Assembly (NCBI GenBank): GCA_049294435.1
Contig: JBAQCU010000020.1
Coordinates: 13,110-77,109, forward strand
DNA: 64,000 nucleotides
Direction of reading: 5' to 3'
Source of the DNA: Minisyncoccia bacterium
GTDB taxonomy: Bacteria; Patescibacteriota; Minisyncoccia; Phycocordibacterales; UBA1550
A program made the translations under genes and the position numbers. The notes below the pieces were generated by a model. That model saw only the letters and a program-made list of their open reading frames with translations. It did not search any database and was not told the origin of the DNA. Each line of letters starts with the position of its first letter. Within the stretch, counting starts at the first letter, position 1. Shown here piece by piece: positions 9,605 through 20,351 of this stretch.

Positions 9605-10216
9605 TCATCCTCTGTTTTTTAGCGCGTGACGGAGAGTATCGCCGTCGGAATACTCGAGCTCGGTGCCAGTAGATAGCCCACGGCCGAGGGTGGTGATGGT
9701 GACACCGAGCTGTCCTGCGAGAGGGGTGAGTGACTTTATTACATAATCTCTCGTGAAATCGCTTTCCGGGTTTACAGAAAGAGCAAGAATTATTTCTGTA
9801 AGCCCGTCGGCTGCGGAACCCTCTAATCTTTCTAGAAGTTCGCGAATGCGAATTTTTGAAGCTGGGTCTTTTTCCAAAACGGGAATTGTGCCACCGAGGA
9901 TGAAGTATCTGCCTGCGTAGCTTCCGCTACGACGCACACTGTCAAAATCGGTGTCCTTTTCTACTACCATTAGAGTGCTGGAATCCGCATCATCAACACA
10001 CACATTGCAAATCGTGGCTGTGCCTTTGCGCGGAAAAAAGCGAAAACATGATGTACATTGAGCAATATTTTTTTGTAACTCTGAAATCTCACGCGCGAGA
10101 GCGTCCAAATAATGCGGATCCTGCGATAGCAAAAAATACACAAAACGCTTCGCCTGGCGAGTTCCAATACCTGGAAATTTCATAAAAAGTTGCGAAAGGT
10201 TTTCTATTGAGCTCAT
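9605..10216 (-). CDS. recR: Recombination protein RecR
   Basis: HhH, C4 zinc finger (CTSC..CNVC), and a Toprim domain. Confidence 0.9.
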   Translation of the reverse strand: MSSIENLSQLFMKFPGIGTRQAKRFVYFLLSQDPHYLDALAREISELQKNIAQCTSCFRFFPRKGTATICNVCVDDADSSTLMVVEKDTDFDSVRRSGSYAGRYFILGGTIPVLEKDPASKIRIRELLERLEGSAADGLTEIILALSVNPESDFTRDYVIKSLTPLAGQLGVTITTLGRGLSTGTELEYSDGDTLRHALKNRG

Positions 10217-10225
10217 TTTGGTAAA

Positions 10226-11638
10226 TTAAAACTCCTCAAAATTTCCGCCCGCATTTCGTGAGCCTCCATCGTAATCATGATGTTTGTCTATGGACATAAA
10301 TGTTGATTTTTCCTCGTCAAAGTAGAGTTTGATTGCTCCGACTGGGCCGTTTCTATGCTTTTCAACAATAATCTCCGCAATGTTTGTTTTCTCGGCATTT
10401 TTGTCCATCTTGTCCTCGCGGTGAATAAACATCACGACGTCAGCGTCTTGCTCAATGGAACCGGAGTCACGAAGGTCCGAAAGTTTTGGCTTGCCACCAC
10501 GAGCCTCAAGGGCGCGAGAGAGTTGCGAGAGCGCGATAACAGGCACATCCAAATCTTTTGCTAGAGCTTTGAGAGAATGAGAAATTTCGGTCACTTGGTT
10601 CACCATAGAATCGTAGTGCCTTGATGTGTTCATAAGCTGGAGGTAGTCCACAATGATGAGCCCGAGCCCGTGTTCACTCTTTAGTTTGCGCGCGGCGGAA
10701 CGCATTTTCATAATTGTGTTTCCGGATTGGTCGTCAATAAAAACAGGAGCTTTTGAAAGTCTGTCTAAAGAATTGCGGAGTTTATCAAAATCTTCATCAA
10801 GTGAAAGTTTTCCAGTGCGAAGCTTCCACGCATTCACTCGTGCCTCTGCGGAGAGCATTCTGTCCACAAGTTGCTGTGTGTTCATTTCTAGAGAAAAGAT
10901 GCCGACGGGAATATTGTGATGTACCGCAGCCTGACGAGCAATGTCTAGCGCGAGAGTTGTCTTACCCATTGATGGTCGCGCCGCTAGAATAATGAGGTCT
11001 GACTTTTGGAAACCGGAAAGCAACTCGTCCAAAGCGGGGAAACCAGACGGCACTCCGCGAAGCTCACTACCGGACTTGTGCATTTTGTCCAAACGCTCCC
11101 ACGCTTCCTCCAGTGTGTCCTTGAGTCCGATAAACTTTTTGCTCACACTTGAGTTTGTCACCGAGTAAATTTTCTTTTCTGCTTCATCAAGCACGCTCTC
11201 TATCGCCTCGGCTTCGTTGTAGCCGAGCTCAGAAATGTGCGCTGCCGCATCTATGAGCGCGCGCAAAATATATTTTCGCTGAATAATTTCCGCATAGTGT
11301 TTTGCGTTTGTGGAGGATGGAACTGCGTCCACAAGCTCTGCTAAATAACTTCCCCCACCGATAGCGTCAAACTTCCCGCGCTCCTTTAGCCGTGTTGATA
11401 CAGAGAGCAGGTCAATAGGCTCGTGGCGAGTGTGGAGCTCAAGCATCGCGTCAAAAAGCATGCGATGCTTGTCCACATAAAAAGTCTCGCGTGTGACCAT
11501 GTCTGCCACGTCGTACATTCCGTCCGGGCGAAGCATGAGAGAGCCTAGTAGCGCCTTCTCTGTCTCTATGTTTTGAGGTGGAATGCGAAGTTCGTGAGTT
11601 TTAAATTGACGATTTTGGATAATGATTTTGCCTGTCAT
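10226..11638 (-). CDS. dnaB: Replicative DNA helicase DnaB
   Basis: DnaB N-terminal domain, Walker A (ARPSMGKTT), RecA-like core (SQLSRALE..DLRDSGSIEQDAD). Confidence 0.9.
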   Translation of the reverse strand: MTGKIIIQNRQFKTHELRIPPQNIETEKALLGSLMLRPDGMYDVADMVTRETFYVDKHRMLFDAMLELHTRHEPIDLLSVSTRLKERGKFDAIGGGSYLAELVDAVPSSTNAKHYAEIIQRKYILRALIDAAAHISELGYNEAEAIESVLDEAEKKIYSVTNSSVSKKFIGLKDTLEEAWERLDKMHKSGSELRGVPSGFPALDELLSGFQKSDLIILAARPSMGKTTLALDIARQAAVHHNIPVGIFSLEMNTQQLVDRMLSAEARVNAWKLRTGKLSLDEDFDKLRNSLDRLSKAPVFIDDQSGNTIMKMRSAARKLKSEHGLGLIIVDYLQLMNTSRHYDSMVNQVTEISHSLKALAKDLDVPVIALSQLSRALEARGGKPKLSDLRDSGSIEQDADVVMFIHREDKMDKNAEKTNIAEIIVEKHRNGPVGAIKLYFDEEKSTFMSIDKHHDYDGGSRNAGGNFEEF

Positions 11639-11730
11639 TGAGTCATTGTATCATAGGGGGGAAATCCTCAAAACAAGAATCGTGGAAAAGGCGGGGGATA
11701 ATAGGTGGATACAGAATTATGACACAAAAC

Positions 11731-13074
11731 CTATGATAAACTGCTTAATGCTGATATTTTAGGACCACTATCAGTGTCTTCAATGCTCCAGCCCAGAGAA
11801 TTTATTTCCTGGCGAATTTTGTCTGATTTTTTCCAATCCTTGTTTTTACGAGCTTCTTCGCGCGAGTTGACAAGCGCCTTGATATGAGCTGGAACAACCA
11901 CGTTTTTGCGAGTTGCAAGCCCTAATCCAAAAACGCGATCAAAATCCAAAAGTGTTGCAGTTTTAGTTGAAGGCGAGAGCGAGACATCTTTTGCGACCTC
12001 CCAAGCAAGAGCAAGAGCGCGCGAAGTATCTAAATCTTGTATTATAAAATCAATAAAACGTTTCTTGTAATCCTTGTCTACAGAACTGACATCTTCCCCA
12101 ATGTGTTCTTTAAGTTTTCTTAATGCATTTTGCGCGCCTTCAAGCGCTTCAGATGTGAAATTGAGCTTGGAGCGATAGTGAGCTCCAAGTACGAAATACC
12201 TAAATGCAAGCGGTGAAAATCCGCTCTCTGTTATTGTTTTTAAAGTTGTGTGGTTGCCGAGCGACTTGGACATTTTCTGTCCGTCAATCATCACAAATTC
12301 GTTGTGAAGCCAAATTTTTGCCAATGGTTTTCCGGAAAATGCTTCCGACTGCGCTATTTCGTTTGTATGGTGGGGGAAGATGAGGTCAACTCCACCTGTG
12401 TGAATATCTATAGTCTCGCCGAGGGTATCGCGAGCCATTTCAGAACACTCAATATGCCAACCAGGACGACCACGACCAAACGATGCGTCGTATGCATTAC
12501 CGTTGTCATCAGTGGTTTCAAATTTCCATAGCGCAAAATCGCGAGCGGACTTCTTGTCCTCCGCGCCTTCCACACGGGACTCCGTTTCAGCATCCAAATC
12601 TAAATGCGCGAGTGCTCCGTAATTTTTTGATTTCACAACCTCAAAATAAACACCGTCAGATGCTTTGTATGCAAAACCATCACGCAAAAGTTTTTCAATC
12701 ATTACAATCATTCCGCCAATATGCGAAGTTGCGTGAGGCATTTTATGCGGAGTGAGAACGTTCAACGATTTGAGATCAGACAGAAGAAAATTTTCATACT
12801 CAAGCGCAATAGTGCGAATTGACACACCTTCTTCATTTGCTCGCGCTATCATTTTGTCGTCAATATCTGTGATATTCATCACTTGCTTAACATTATATCC
12901 AACATATTCTAGCGTCCGGCGAAGGATGTCGTTTGTGATGAACGCACGCAAGTTGCCAATATGAGCAAAGCCATATACCGTAGGCCCGCAGTTATACATC
13001 CGGATTTCACGGTCATTGAGCGGTTTAAGGATCTCGATAGAACGAGAAAAAGTATTGAACAATTTTACATCCAT
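11731..13074 (-). CDS. cysS: Cysteine--tRNA ligase
   Basis: CGPTVYGFAHIGN (HIGH motif) and KMSKSLGN. The likely start is MDVKLFNT.. at 13074; the ORF track's longer N-terminal extension to 13143 is probably spurious. Confidence 0.9.
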   Translation of the reverse strand: MDVKLFNTFSRSIEILKPLNDREIRMYNCGPTVYGFAHIGNLRAFITNDILRRTLEYVGYNVKQVMNITDIDDKMIARANEEGVSIRTIALEYENFLLSDLKSLNVLTPHKMPHATSHIGGMIVMIEKLLRDGFAYKASDGVYFEVVKSKNYGALAHLDLDAETESRVEGAEDKKSARDFALWKFETTDDNGNAYDASFGRGRPGWHIECSEMARDTLGETIDIHTGGVDLIFPHHTNEIAQSEAFSGKPLAKIWLHNEFVMIDGQKMSKSLGNHTTLKTITESGFSPLAFRYFVLGAHYRSKLNFTSEALEGAQNALRKLKEHIGEDVSSVDKDYKKRFIDFIIQDLDTSRALALAWEVAKDVSLSPSTKTATLLDFDRVFGLGLATRKNVVVPAHIKALVNSREEARKNKDWKKSDKIRQEINSLGWSIEDTDSGPKISALSSLS

Positions 13075-13982
13075 TTCTTGAAAAACTTGAAGTAACCAAA
13101 GAGCAAGACGCCTACGGCACCCATTAAGACAATAATAATCCAAAACCCATCAGGGTTGCTTACAAGAGGAGTATTAACAAAACTCATACCGAACAATTGT
13201 TCAATAAAGGTGAGTGGAAGAATAATAAACGCCGTAACGGTGAGCGTCTTCATGATATCATTCGTCTTTGTCGTGAGGAGGGAGTCATTTGTATCGCGAA
13301 GATCTAGCACGGTCTCTCTGTGCCCATCTAATATTGACGAAATTTTATAAAACTCGCCAACGATTGCATGCAGATAATAAGAAAACTCTTCTCCAAAAAA
13401 TTTTTCACCGGCAATCTCAAATGATTCAAGAACTTCTCTATGTGGACGGATTATTTGCTTAAAATTCAACAGATCGCGGTTAAGATGAGAAATAGAGTTC
13501 ACCATATCGCGCTCCTTTCCGTTAAAAATTTTTGCTTGGATTTCATTGAAATCATGGTTGATGTGATCTAGTTCTCCATCAAGCATCATATAAAGATTTT
13601 TTAAAATATAAAAAAGAATGAAGCCGGCGTGGTCGCCGATATTTGATTTGTCCAAAATTGAGTTTACTTCAAACACTTTTGAGAATTCGTGAAGTTGGTC
13701 AATCAAATTATAATGAGCAGTAATGATAAACTTTTTGCCGATAATGAAGTCAATTTCTTGATCCTCTCCGCCGTCGTGCTTGTGAGAGATGGTAGGGAAG
13801 TGCAATATAAGGTAGATGAAGTTGTGATACAAATCCACCTTTGGTCTGAGTGTAGGGCCCAAAAGCTCATCTGCAACAAGCGGATGAATATCAAACTCCT
13901 CCATTAACGTACGAACTTCCTCTTGTGTAGGCGACTGCACATCAACCCAAACGAGGTCCTTATAGGTGTATCTGAAAATCAT
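13065..13982 (-). CDS. corA: CorA-like divalent cation transporter; the canonical GMN motif appears as GMS
   Basis: Two C-terminal TM helices, FGMSF in the first helix, and an acidic loop. Start assigned at MIFRYTYKD. Confidence 0.7.
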   Translation of the reverse strand: MIFRYTYKDLVWVDVQSPTQEEVRTLMEEFDIHPLVADELLGPTLRPKVDLYHNFIYLILHFPTISHKHDGGEDQEIDFIIGKKFIITAHYNLIDQLHEFSKVFEVNSILDKSNIGDHAGFILFYILKNLYMMLDGELDHINHDFNEIQAKIFNGKERDMVNSISHLNRDLLNFKQIIRPHREVLESFEIAGEKFFGEEFSYYLHAIVGEFYKISSILDGHRETVLDLRDTNDSLLTTKTNDIMKTLTVTAFIILPLTFIEQLFGMSFVNTPLVSNPDGFWIIIVLMGAVGVLLFGYFKFFKKWM

Positions 13983-14013
13983 TAGTATATAGTATAGCAT
14001 TACAATATTATAT

Positions 14014-15276
14014 TTGACCAGAGCCCAAACTTTTGCGATACTACACTTTATGAAGTCATCTGTTAGCAAGCCAGTAATTATTGCAATCTCGGTTATCGCG
14101 GTCGTGGGTATTTATAGTCTTGGAGTGCAATCTGGTCTAGAAAAATCTGCCACCATAAAGGCTCCTCAAATCCAAGCTTCAACATCTTCAGAGGTTTTGG
14201 ACCTCGCGCCATTCTGGAAAACTCTTAAAACGCTTGACGAGCGATTTGTTGCTACAACTGCGTCCTCGTCAGAGCCAACAAATAAGGAAAAAGTATACGG
14301 GGCCATTGAGGGGCTAACCGCCTCGTACGGCGACCCATACACCATCTTTTTCCCTCCAAAAGAAACGACCGCGTTTGAGGAGGAGGTTCGTGGAAGTTTT
14401 GAAGGTGTTGGAATGGAAATTGCAATCAAAGACAAAGTACTCACAGTTGTGGCGCCACTCAAAAATACTCCTGCGGAACGCGCGGGAATACAGGCTGGTG
14501 ACCAGATTTTGAAAATTGATAAACTATACACTGGAGGAATGACGGTGGAAGAGGCCATAAAACATATTCGCGGACCAAGGGGAACGATTGTCACTCTGGC
14601 GATTAAAAGAAACGGCGGGATTGAGGATATTAAAGTAACTCGCGATGTCATCAATATCCCAACGATTGACACAAAGCTTCGCGATGACGGTGTGTTTGTT
14701 GTCTCTCTTTACAATTTTTCCGCAAACTCTGCAAATCTTTTCCGTGATGCGCTTCGCGAGTTCATAGAATCTGGCTCGGATAAGCTTGTGCTTGATCTCC
14801 GTAATAACCCCGGTGGTTACTTAGAGTCAGCTGTTGATATGGCAAGCTTCTTTCTCCCAATTGGAAAAACTGTGGTTATAGAAGACGCTGGGGTGAAAGC
14901 AAAACAGAAACAAGAAAGAAGTCATGGGTATGATGTATTTACTAAAAATTTAAAAATGGTGATTCTTATAAACGAAGGATCAGCGTCAGCGTCTGAAATT
15001 CTAGCTGGAGCTCTCCATGAACACGGTGTTGCAAAACTCGTCGGTGAAAAAAGTTTTGGAAAAGGATCTGTGCAGGAGCTTATTGAAATCACACCGGAAA
15101 CCGCTCTCAAAGTTACTATTGCTCGCTGGCTAACACCAAAAGGGAAGTCCATATCAGAAAACGGGCTTGAGCCGGATTTCGAAGTTGAGGTAACAAAAAA
15201 AGATTTGGAGAAGAAGATTGACCCACAGATGGACAAGGCTGTAGCAATTTTATTGGACACTAACTATAAAAGATAA
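14014..15276 (+). CDS. ctpA: Carboxyl-terminal processing protease (S41) with a PDZ domain
   Basis: Signal/TM segment, PDZ domain, LRNNPGGYL, GSASASEI and SFGKG motifs. Confidence 0.85.
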   Translation: MTRAQTFAILHFMKSSVSKPVIIAISVIAVVGIYSLGVQSGLEKSATIKAPQIQASTSSEVLDLAPFWKTLKTLDERFVATTASSSEPTNKEKVYGAIEGLTASYGDPYTIFFPPKETTAFEEEVRGSFEGVGMEIAIKDKVLTVVAPLKNTPAERAGIQAGDQILKIDKLYTGGMTVEEAIKHIRGPRGTIVTLAIKRNGGIEDIKVTRDVINIPTIDTKLRDDGVFVVSLYNFSANSANLFRDALREFIESGSDKLVLDLRNNPGGYLESAVDMASFFLPIGKTVVIEDAGVKAKQKQERSHGYDVFTKNLKMVILINEGSASASEILAGALHEHGVAKLVGEKSFGKGSVQELIEITPETALKVTIARWLTPKGKSISENGLEPDFEVEVTKKDLEKKIDPQMDKAVAILLDTNYKR

Positions 15277-15278
15277 TT

Positions 15279-15722
15279 ATGCTAATAGTTTTTCTAAAGG
15301 ATATCCCTCGCATTGGGAAGAAGTACGAAACAAAAGAAGTCGCTGACGGATATGGACGCCACCTTGTAGCGCAAAAGCTCGCAGAATCTGCAACAAAAGA
15401 AGCACTCGCGCGCATTCAAGGCAAAATGGCGACCGATGCAACAATGAAAAAAGTTCATACTGAGCTTTTAATGAAGAATCTTGAAGCGATTTCTGGCGCA
15501 ACTATCACGCTTCGTGGTAAAGCAAATGAAAAAGGGCATCTCTTTGCAAGTATTCATAAAGAAGAGATCCTTGCCGAACTTAAACGCTCCGCTCATTTGG
15601 ATATGCACCCCGACTACGTTATTCTAGACCGCCACCTCAAACAACTCGGCACCTACGAAATCCCCGTGGTTATCGAAAAGAATCGGGTGACATTTACGGT
15701 GGTGGTTGAGGCGGTAAACTAA
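15279..15722 (+). CDS. rplI: 50S ribosomal protein L9
   Basis: MLIVFLKDIPRIGKKYETKEVADGYGRH is a canonical L9 N-terminus. Confidence 0.9.
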   Translation: MLIVFLKDIPRIGKKYETKEVADGYGRHLVAQKLAESATKEALARIQGKMATDATMKKVHTELLMKNLEAISGATITLRGKANEKGHLFASIHKEEILAELKRSAHLDMHPDYVILDRHLKQLGTYEIPVVIEKNRVTFTVVVEAVN

Positions 15723-15723
15723 T

Positions 15724-16101
15724 ATGTACAAGGCATTAATTGATCGTGAATCTCTCGTTAGCTCCAAAATACTAAATGATTATGAAATTATAGATATCTA
15801 TGAGGAATACTGGCAAGGAGAAGTTCCTGAGATATTGCATATATCAAAAGTAAGGGTGCCTGAAGAAAAAGTTGATAGTTTTGTTAAAACACTATCTTCA
15901 CAAGAACTTCAGGATGGTTGGTTCGCCTTAGTTTGGGATGAATACAAAGCAATTGTTATTTTTAAAGACAAAATATTTAAACTGAAAAATAAAAATCCGT
16001 GGGGAAAAGAAGAGCTTACTGAAGTCATTGAGTATGGGCGCGCACACGAGATAGACGAAAAATACTTTCTTAATATGAGATCTGTAATGGACATATGGTA
16101 A
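15724..16101 (+). CDS. Hypothetical protein (125 aa)
   Basis: Tightly coupled ORF 2 nt after rplI. No recognised domain. Confidence 0.45.
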   Translation: MYKALIDRESLVSSKILNDYEIIDIYEEYWQGEVPEILHISKVRVPEEKVDSFVKTLSSQELQDGWFALVWDEYKAIVIFKDKIFKLKNKNPWGKEELTEVIEYGRAHEIDEKYFLNMRSVMDIW

Positions 16102-16127
16102 GTATGATTAGGATTAAAAAAACAAAA

Positions 16128-16153
16128 ATCACGCACACTGTGCGGGATTTTTA
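16128..16153 (+). terminator. Hairpin (ATCACGCACA-ctg-TGTGCGGGAT) followed by a TTTTT run
   Basis: Seen directly in sequence after ORF 15724-16101. Confidence 0.5.
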
Positions 16154-16268
16154 CTAGAGAGAGTTACTTCACACTCGCTACCTTTCGTCTTGTCGTTGTT
16201 TCGTCAAAGTTAAACGAAAATTAGAATATAAGTATGCTCTGGTATAGACTAAGGGAAAGACTTTTCTT

Positions 16269-16832
16269 ATGGACACCAGAGATAACGAACTGATTCTAGG
16301 ATATATTGAAGGTGACACCGAGGCACTCACGGAGATTGTTGCTCGAAACATTGGGCTTGTATATCGATATGCACTTAGAATGACAAAAGATATTGAGCAA
16401 GCAGAGGACATCACTCAAGAAACCTTTGTGAAGCTTTGGCGAAATATTCACAAGTTTGATACTGAGAAAAATTTTCGCACGTGGATCCTAGGGATTGCGC
16501 ACAATACTGCCATCGATTTTTTGAGAAAAAGAAAAATTTCTGTATTTTCAGATTTTGACACTAAAGATGAGAGGAACGCAATCACCGACACACTCGCAGA
16601 CATCGCCCCGCTTGCTCCTGAAATATTTGAGAAGGAAGAGACGAAGAAACTGCTCGACAGCGCACTTGAGCAAATTTCTCCTATGCACCATGAAGTCCTT
16701 GCCCTTTATTACGAAGAAGACCTTACCTTCAATGAAATTGGAGAGATTTTGAATAAACCGCTTAATACGGTAAAAAGCCAATACCGCAGAGCTCTTGAAG
16801 AGCTCAGGAAAATTTTAGAGAGGAATCTTTAA
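16269..16832 (+). CDS. ECF-type RNA polymerase sigma-70 factor
   Basis: Region 2 (DITQETFVKLWRN) and region 4 HTH (LTFNEIGEIL..TVKSQYRRA). Confidence 0.85.
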   Translation: MDTRDNELILGYIEGDTEALTEIVARNIGLVYRYALRMTKDIEQAEDITQETFVKLWRNIHKFDTEKNFRTWILGIAHNTAIDFLRKRKISVFSDFDTKDERNAITDTLADIAPLAPEIFEKEETKKLLDSALEQISPMHHEVLALYYEEDLTFNEIGEILNKPLNTVKSQYRRALEELRKILERNL

Positions 16833-16835
16833 TCG

Positions 16836-17285
16836 TTGCACCAAAATGGTTATGAGCTCCGTATACATTATATGGAAAAAGATTATCAGAAATTGTTCCA
16901 AACGCTCAAAAACCCTGAAGTCCCTGTTGGGCTTCAGGGTGCTATCCTTGTGCGGATTAGTACTGAGGCACGCCGTGCATCTCGTATAAGGTTTGCGATA
17001 TTTGCGCCATTAGTGATTTTCTCAGCAATTTCCGTGATTTCGTCATTTCAGTACCTATTACAGGAAACGGTTCAATCAGGGTTAACGAATTATTTTTCAA
17101 TTATTCTTTCTGATAGTGGTGCTGTGCTCACCTACTGGAAAGAATTTTTGACCTATACCGCTGACCAAGCCCCAGTATTAGGGCTTGCAATTTTCTTTGG
17201 CACAATCTTTGCGTTGTTAGTATCCTTAAAAGCAACACTGAGAAATGCTCAAGTAATCTTCCCAAATACACAATTAGTAAACTAA
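16836..17285 (+). CDS. Putative anti-sigma factor / membrane protein
   Basis: Immediately downstream of the ECF sigma; two TM helices. Start is either TTG at 16836 or ATG at 16872. Confidence 0.4.
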   Translation: MHQNGYELRIHYMEKDYQKLFQTLKNPEVPVGLQGAILVRISTEARRASRIRFAIFAPLVIFSAISVISSFQYLLQETVQSGLTNYFSIILSDSGAVLTYWKEFLTYTADQAPVLGLAIFFGTIFALLVSLKATLRNAQVIFPNTQLVN

Positions 17286-17296
17286 TCTAAAAATTC

Positions 17297-17791
17297 ATGA
17301 ACTACAAAAATTTTTTACAAACTAAATTATCTCAAAAAACACTCTATATAATCGGTGCTCTTGTTGTCGCATTGTTCATATTTCAAGCAGGTATTGCCGT
17401 CGGCCAGCGCAAGGCCTCATTTTCTTATCGTTCTGGAGATAATTTTCATCGCATATTTGGTTCACCTGAGCGTAAAGGCATGATGGGTATGATGGATATA
17501 CGAGGTGGACTTGATCCACGTGGAGAATTTACTTCTGGATATGGAGCAAATGGCATAATAGTAAAAATTGATTTACCAACAATTATAGTAGCCGGTGTTG
17601 ATAAGGTTGAGAAAATTATCACGACAGACTCAAAAACAATTGTTCGCAGTTTTAGGAATGATATAAAACCAACAGACCTTAAAGTAGGAGACTCTGTCAT
17701 TATTATTGGAGTCCCAAATACCTCTGCTCAAATTGAAGCAAAACTTATTCGTGTTTTGCCCTCACCCTTTGCGCCTTCAACAATAGAATAA
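17297..17791 (+). CDS. Hypothetical N-terminally anchored protein; paralog of ORF 21593-22012
   Basis: N-terminal TM helix and a C-terminal beta-rich region (KVGDSVIIIG..). Shares architecture with the ORF after the exporter. Confidence 0.5.
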   Translation: MNYKNFLQTKLSQKTLYIIGALVVALFIFQAGIAVGQRKASFSYRSGDNFHRIFGSPERKGMMGMMDIRGGLDPRGEFTSGYGANGIIVKIDLPTIIVAGVDKVEKIITTDSKTIVRSFRNDIKPTDLKVGDSVIIIGVPNTSAQIEAKLIRVLPSPFAPSTIE

Positions 17792-17803
17792 TCAACAAAC
17801 AAA

Positions 17804-19615
17804 ATGAACCAAACCCTTACTGACCAAGTTTATGGCCAAGCCACGAATCAGCTGATTCGAAAAATCCTCGCGTATGCGCGCGCGCATAAAGTTATAAGCG
17901 CGATTGTTCTTGTTGTCGTTCTCTATCTTGGCTACACCGGATATAAATCACTCACGAGCACAGCTGGCGAAACGCGCTATGTGCTTTCGGTAGTGGAGAA
18001 GGGCGCAATGGTAACCTCAATCACGGGAAGCGGGCAGGTGTCGTCATTTAACCAGCTTGATCTCAAACCAAAAGCCTCGGGAGATGTGGTGTATGTCGGC
18101 GTGGTGAACGGTCAACAAGTGAAAGCGGGAACATTGGTGGCACAGCTCGACGCCACCGACGCGCAAAAATCCGTGCGTGACGCGCAGGTAAATCTCGACA
18201 GCACAAAGCTCTCTCTTGAGAAGATCTTACGACCTGCTGACACTCTCTCACTCATTCAAACAGAGAATGCGCTTGCGCAGGCATCCTCGTCTATATTAAA
18301 AGCATACGATGATGGTTTCAATTCGGTGTCAAATGCATTTCTTGATTTGCCGGTAATCATGGCTGGGACTGAAGACATTTTGCATAGCACCACGGTCGAT
18401 CGGGTTCAGGAAAATATATACGCATATACAGACCTAGTAAAAAGTTATGATGATAATGCTATTACCTACAGGGATGATGTTGCGACAAAGTATCAAACAG
18501 CGCGCGACATGTATGATAAAACGTTTGCGGAATATCGCTCGGCTACGCGTTCTTCGAGTCATGCTGAAATCGAGAATTATATCGCAAACGCATATATGAC
18601 AAGCAAGGATATTGCAGACTCGGTAAAAAGTATAAGTGACCTGTTGGGTTATATTAAAGATAAACTCACTGAACACAACAAGAGCATTCCTGCGATACTC
18701 ACGACGCACCAAAATCTTCTCGCGACATATATTAGCAAAACAAACTCCGCTCTCATCGATCTTTTGGGAATACAAACAACAATTACGACTTCAAAGTATA
18801 CAATTGCAGAAAAAACAGAGTCACTTCGCAAACTAAAAGCAGGAGCAGATGCTATTGATATTCAATCAACACAACTTTCACTTAAACAACGAGAAAACGC
18901 TCTCCTCGATGCACAAGCGAACCTCGCGCATTACTTTGTTCGCGCGCCGTTCGCTGGCACCATTGCAAAACTTAATGTGAAAAAAGGCGATCCAATATCG
19001 ACCGCGACTTCAGTGGCGACTTTGATTACGAAGCAGAAGATTGCCGAAATTTCGCTCAATGAAGTAGACGTAGCAAAAGTGAAAGTTGGACAGAAAGCAA
19101 CGCTTACCTTTGATGCTATTGATGGGCTCACTATTGCGGGTGACGTTGCCGAGATTGATACCATCGGCACTGTTAGTCAAGGCGTTGTGACGTACACGGT
19201 CACCATCACGCTTGAGACACAGGATGACCGCGTGAAATCTGGTATGAGCGTGAGCGCAGCGATAATCACCAACATGAAACAGGATGTGCTCATGGTTCCA
19301 AACAGCGCAGTGAAGGCACAAGGAGGCACACACTATGTTGAGCTATTCGATACACCCATGGTTGCAGTCTCTACTTCTACAAGTGGTACAAACGCTGGCG
19401 TTCCATCTACTATCCCACCGCGCCAGCAAGCTGTTGAGATTGGACTCTCCAATGATACGATGACGGAGATTGTGTCAGGGCTTAAGGGGGGAGATCAGGT
19501 AGTATCGCGCACTATTGTCGGCACAGGAACTAAGGCCGCCCAGGCACCAAGCATCTTTAGCGCGGCAGGAGTTCGCACTCCAGGCGCTAACACACGCACA
19601 ACAACAGGGCGCTAG
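17804..19615 (+). CDS. HlyD-family periplasmic adaptor (membrane fusion protein) with a long coiled-coil hairpin
   Basis: N-terminal TM helix, coiled coil, lipoyl/beta-barrel region (VRAPFAGTIAKLNVKKGD). Confidence 0.8.
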   Translation: MNQTLTDQVYGQATNQLIRKILAYARAHKVISAIVLVVVLYLGYTGYKSLTSTAGETRYVLSVVEKGAMVTSITGSGQVSSFNQLDLKPKASGDVVYVGVVNGQQVKAGTLVAQLDATDAQKSVRDAQVNLDSTKLSLEKILRPADTLSLIQTENALAQASSSILKAYDDGFNSVSNAFLDLPVIMAGTEDILHSTTVDRVQENIYAYTDLVKSYDDNAITYRDDVATKYQTARDMYDKTFAEYRSATRSSSHAEIENYIANAYMTSKDIADSVKSISDLLGYIKDKLTEHNKSIPAILTTHQNLLATYISKTNSALIDLLGIQTTITTSKYTIAEKTESLRKLKAGADAIDIQSTQLSLKQRENALLDAQANLAHYFVRAPFAGTIAKLNVKKGDPISTATSVATLITKQKIAEISLNEVDVAKVKVGQKATLTFDAIDGLTIAGDVAEIDTIGTVSQGVVTYTVTITLETQDDRVKSGMSVSAAIITNMKQDVLMVPNSAVKAQGGTHYVELFDTPMVAVSTSTSGTNAGVPSTIPPRQQAVEIGLSNDTMTEIVSGLKGGDQVVSRTIVGTGTKAAQAPSIFSAAGVRTPGANTRTTTGR

Positions 19616-19627
19616 GGCACTATATCT

Positions 19628-20350
19628 ATGATTGAAATTAAAAATGTTACAAAATCATACAAAACAGGGGATATTGATCTCCATGTTTTAAAAAACATCA
19701 GCTTCACAATTGATGATGGTGAATTCGTCGCGATTATGGGACCATCTGGTTCGGGCAAGTCCACACTCATGCACATACTCGGCGCGCTTGACACGCCAAG
19801 TAGCGGAACATACTTTTTGAACGAGCATGATGTGTCAAAAATGAGTGAAGATGAACTTGCAGATATTCGACAGGATAAAATCGGATTTGTGTTTCAGTCA
19901 TTTAATCTTTTGCCTCGCGCCACCGTGCTTCGCAATGTAATGTTGCCTCTTGTCTACGAGGGGATCCCCGAAGCAGAGCGTATCGTTCGAGCAAAAGAAG
20001 CCCTCCATGCTGCGGGGTTTGATGAGAATCGTTTTGAACATCTTTCCAATCAGCTTTCGGGCGGGCAAATACAGCGCGTGGCTATTGCACGCGCGCTTGT
20101 AAATAACCCATCGCTCATCCTTGCCGACGAGCCTACGGGCAATCTTGATTCAAAGACGGGTGAAATTGTGCTCGACACATTTCAGAAACTCAATCGTGAA
20201 AAAGGCAGAACAATTATTATCATCACACACGAGCAGGAGGTGGCTGATCATGCCGACCGAGTTCTTTTTATTCGCGACGGGCTTTTAGTAAGTGACACCA
20301 AAACAGGCAAACAAGGTACATTCCATCACACAGAACACGCCAAAAAATAA
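19628..20350 (+). CDS. ABC transporter ATP-binding protein, MacB/LolD-like
   Basis: Walker A (GPSGSGKST), LSGGQIQR signature, Walker B ([11 protein letters not shown]). Confidence 0.9.
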   Translation: MIEIKNVTKSYKTGDIDLHVLKNISFTIDDGEFVAIMGPSGSGKSTLMHILGALDTPSSGTYFLNEHDVSKMSEDELADIRQDKIGFVFQSFNLLPRATVLRNVMLPLVYEGIPEAERIVRAKEALHAAGFDENRFEHLSNQLSGGQIQRVAIARALVNNPSLILADEPTGNLDSKTGEIVLDTFQKLNREKGRTIIIITHEQEVADHADRVLFIRDGLLVSDTKTGKQGTFHHTEHAKK

Positions 20351-20351
20351 A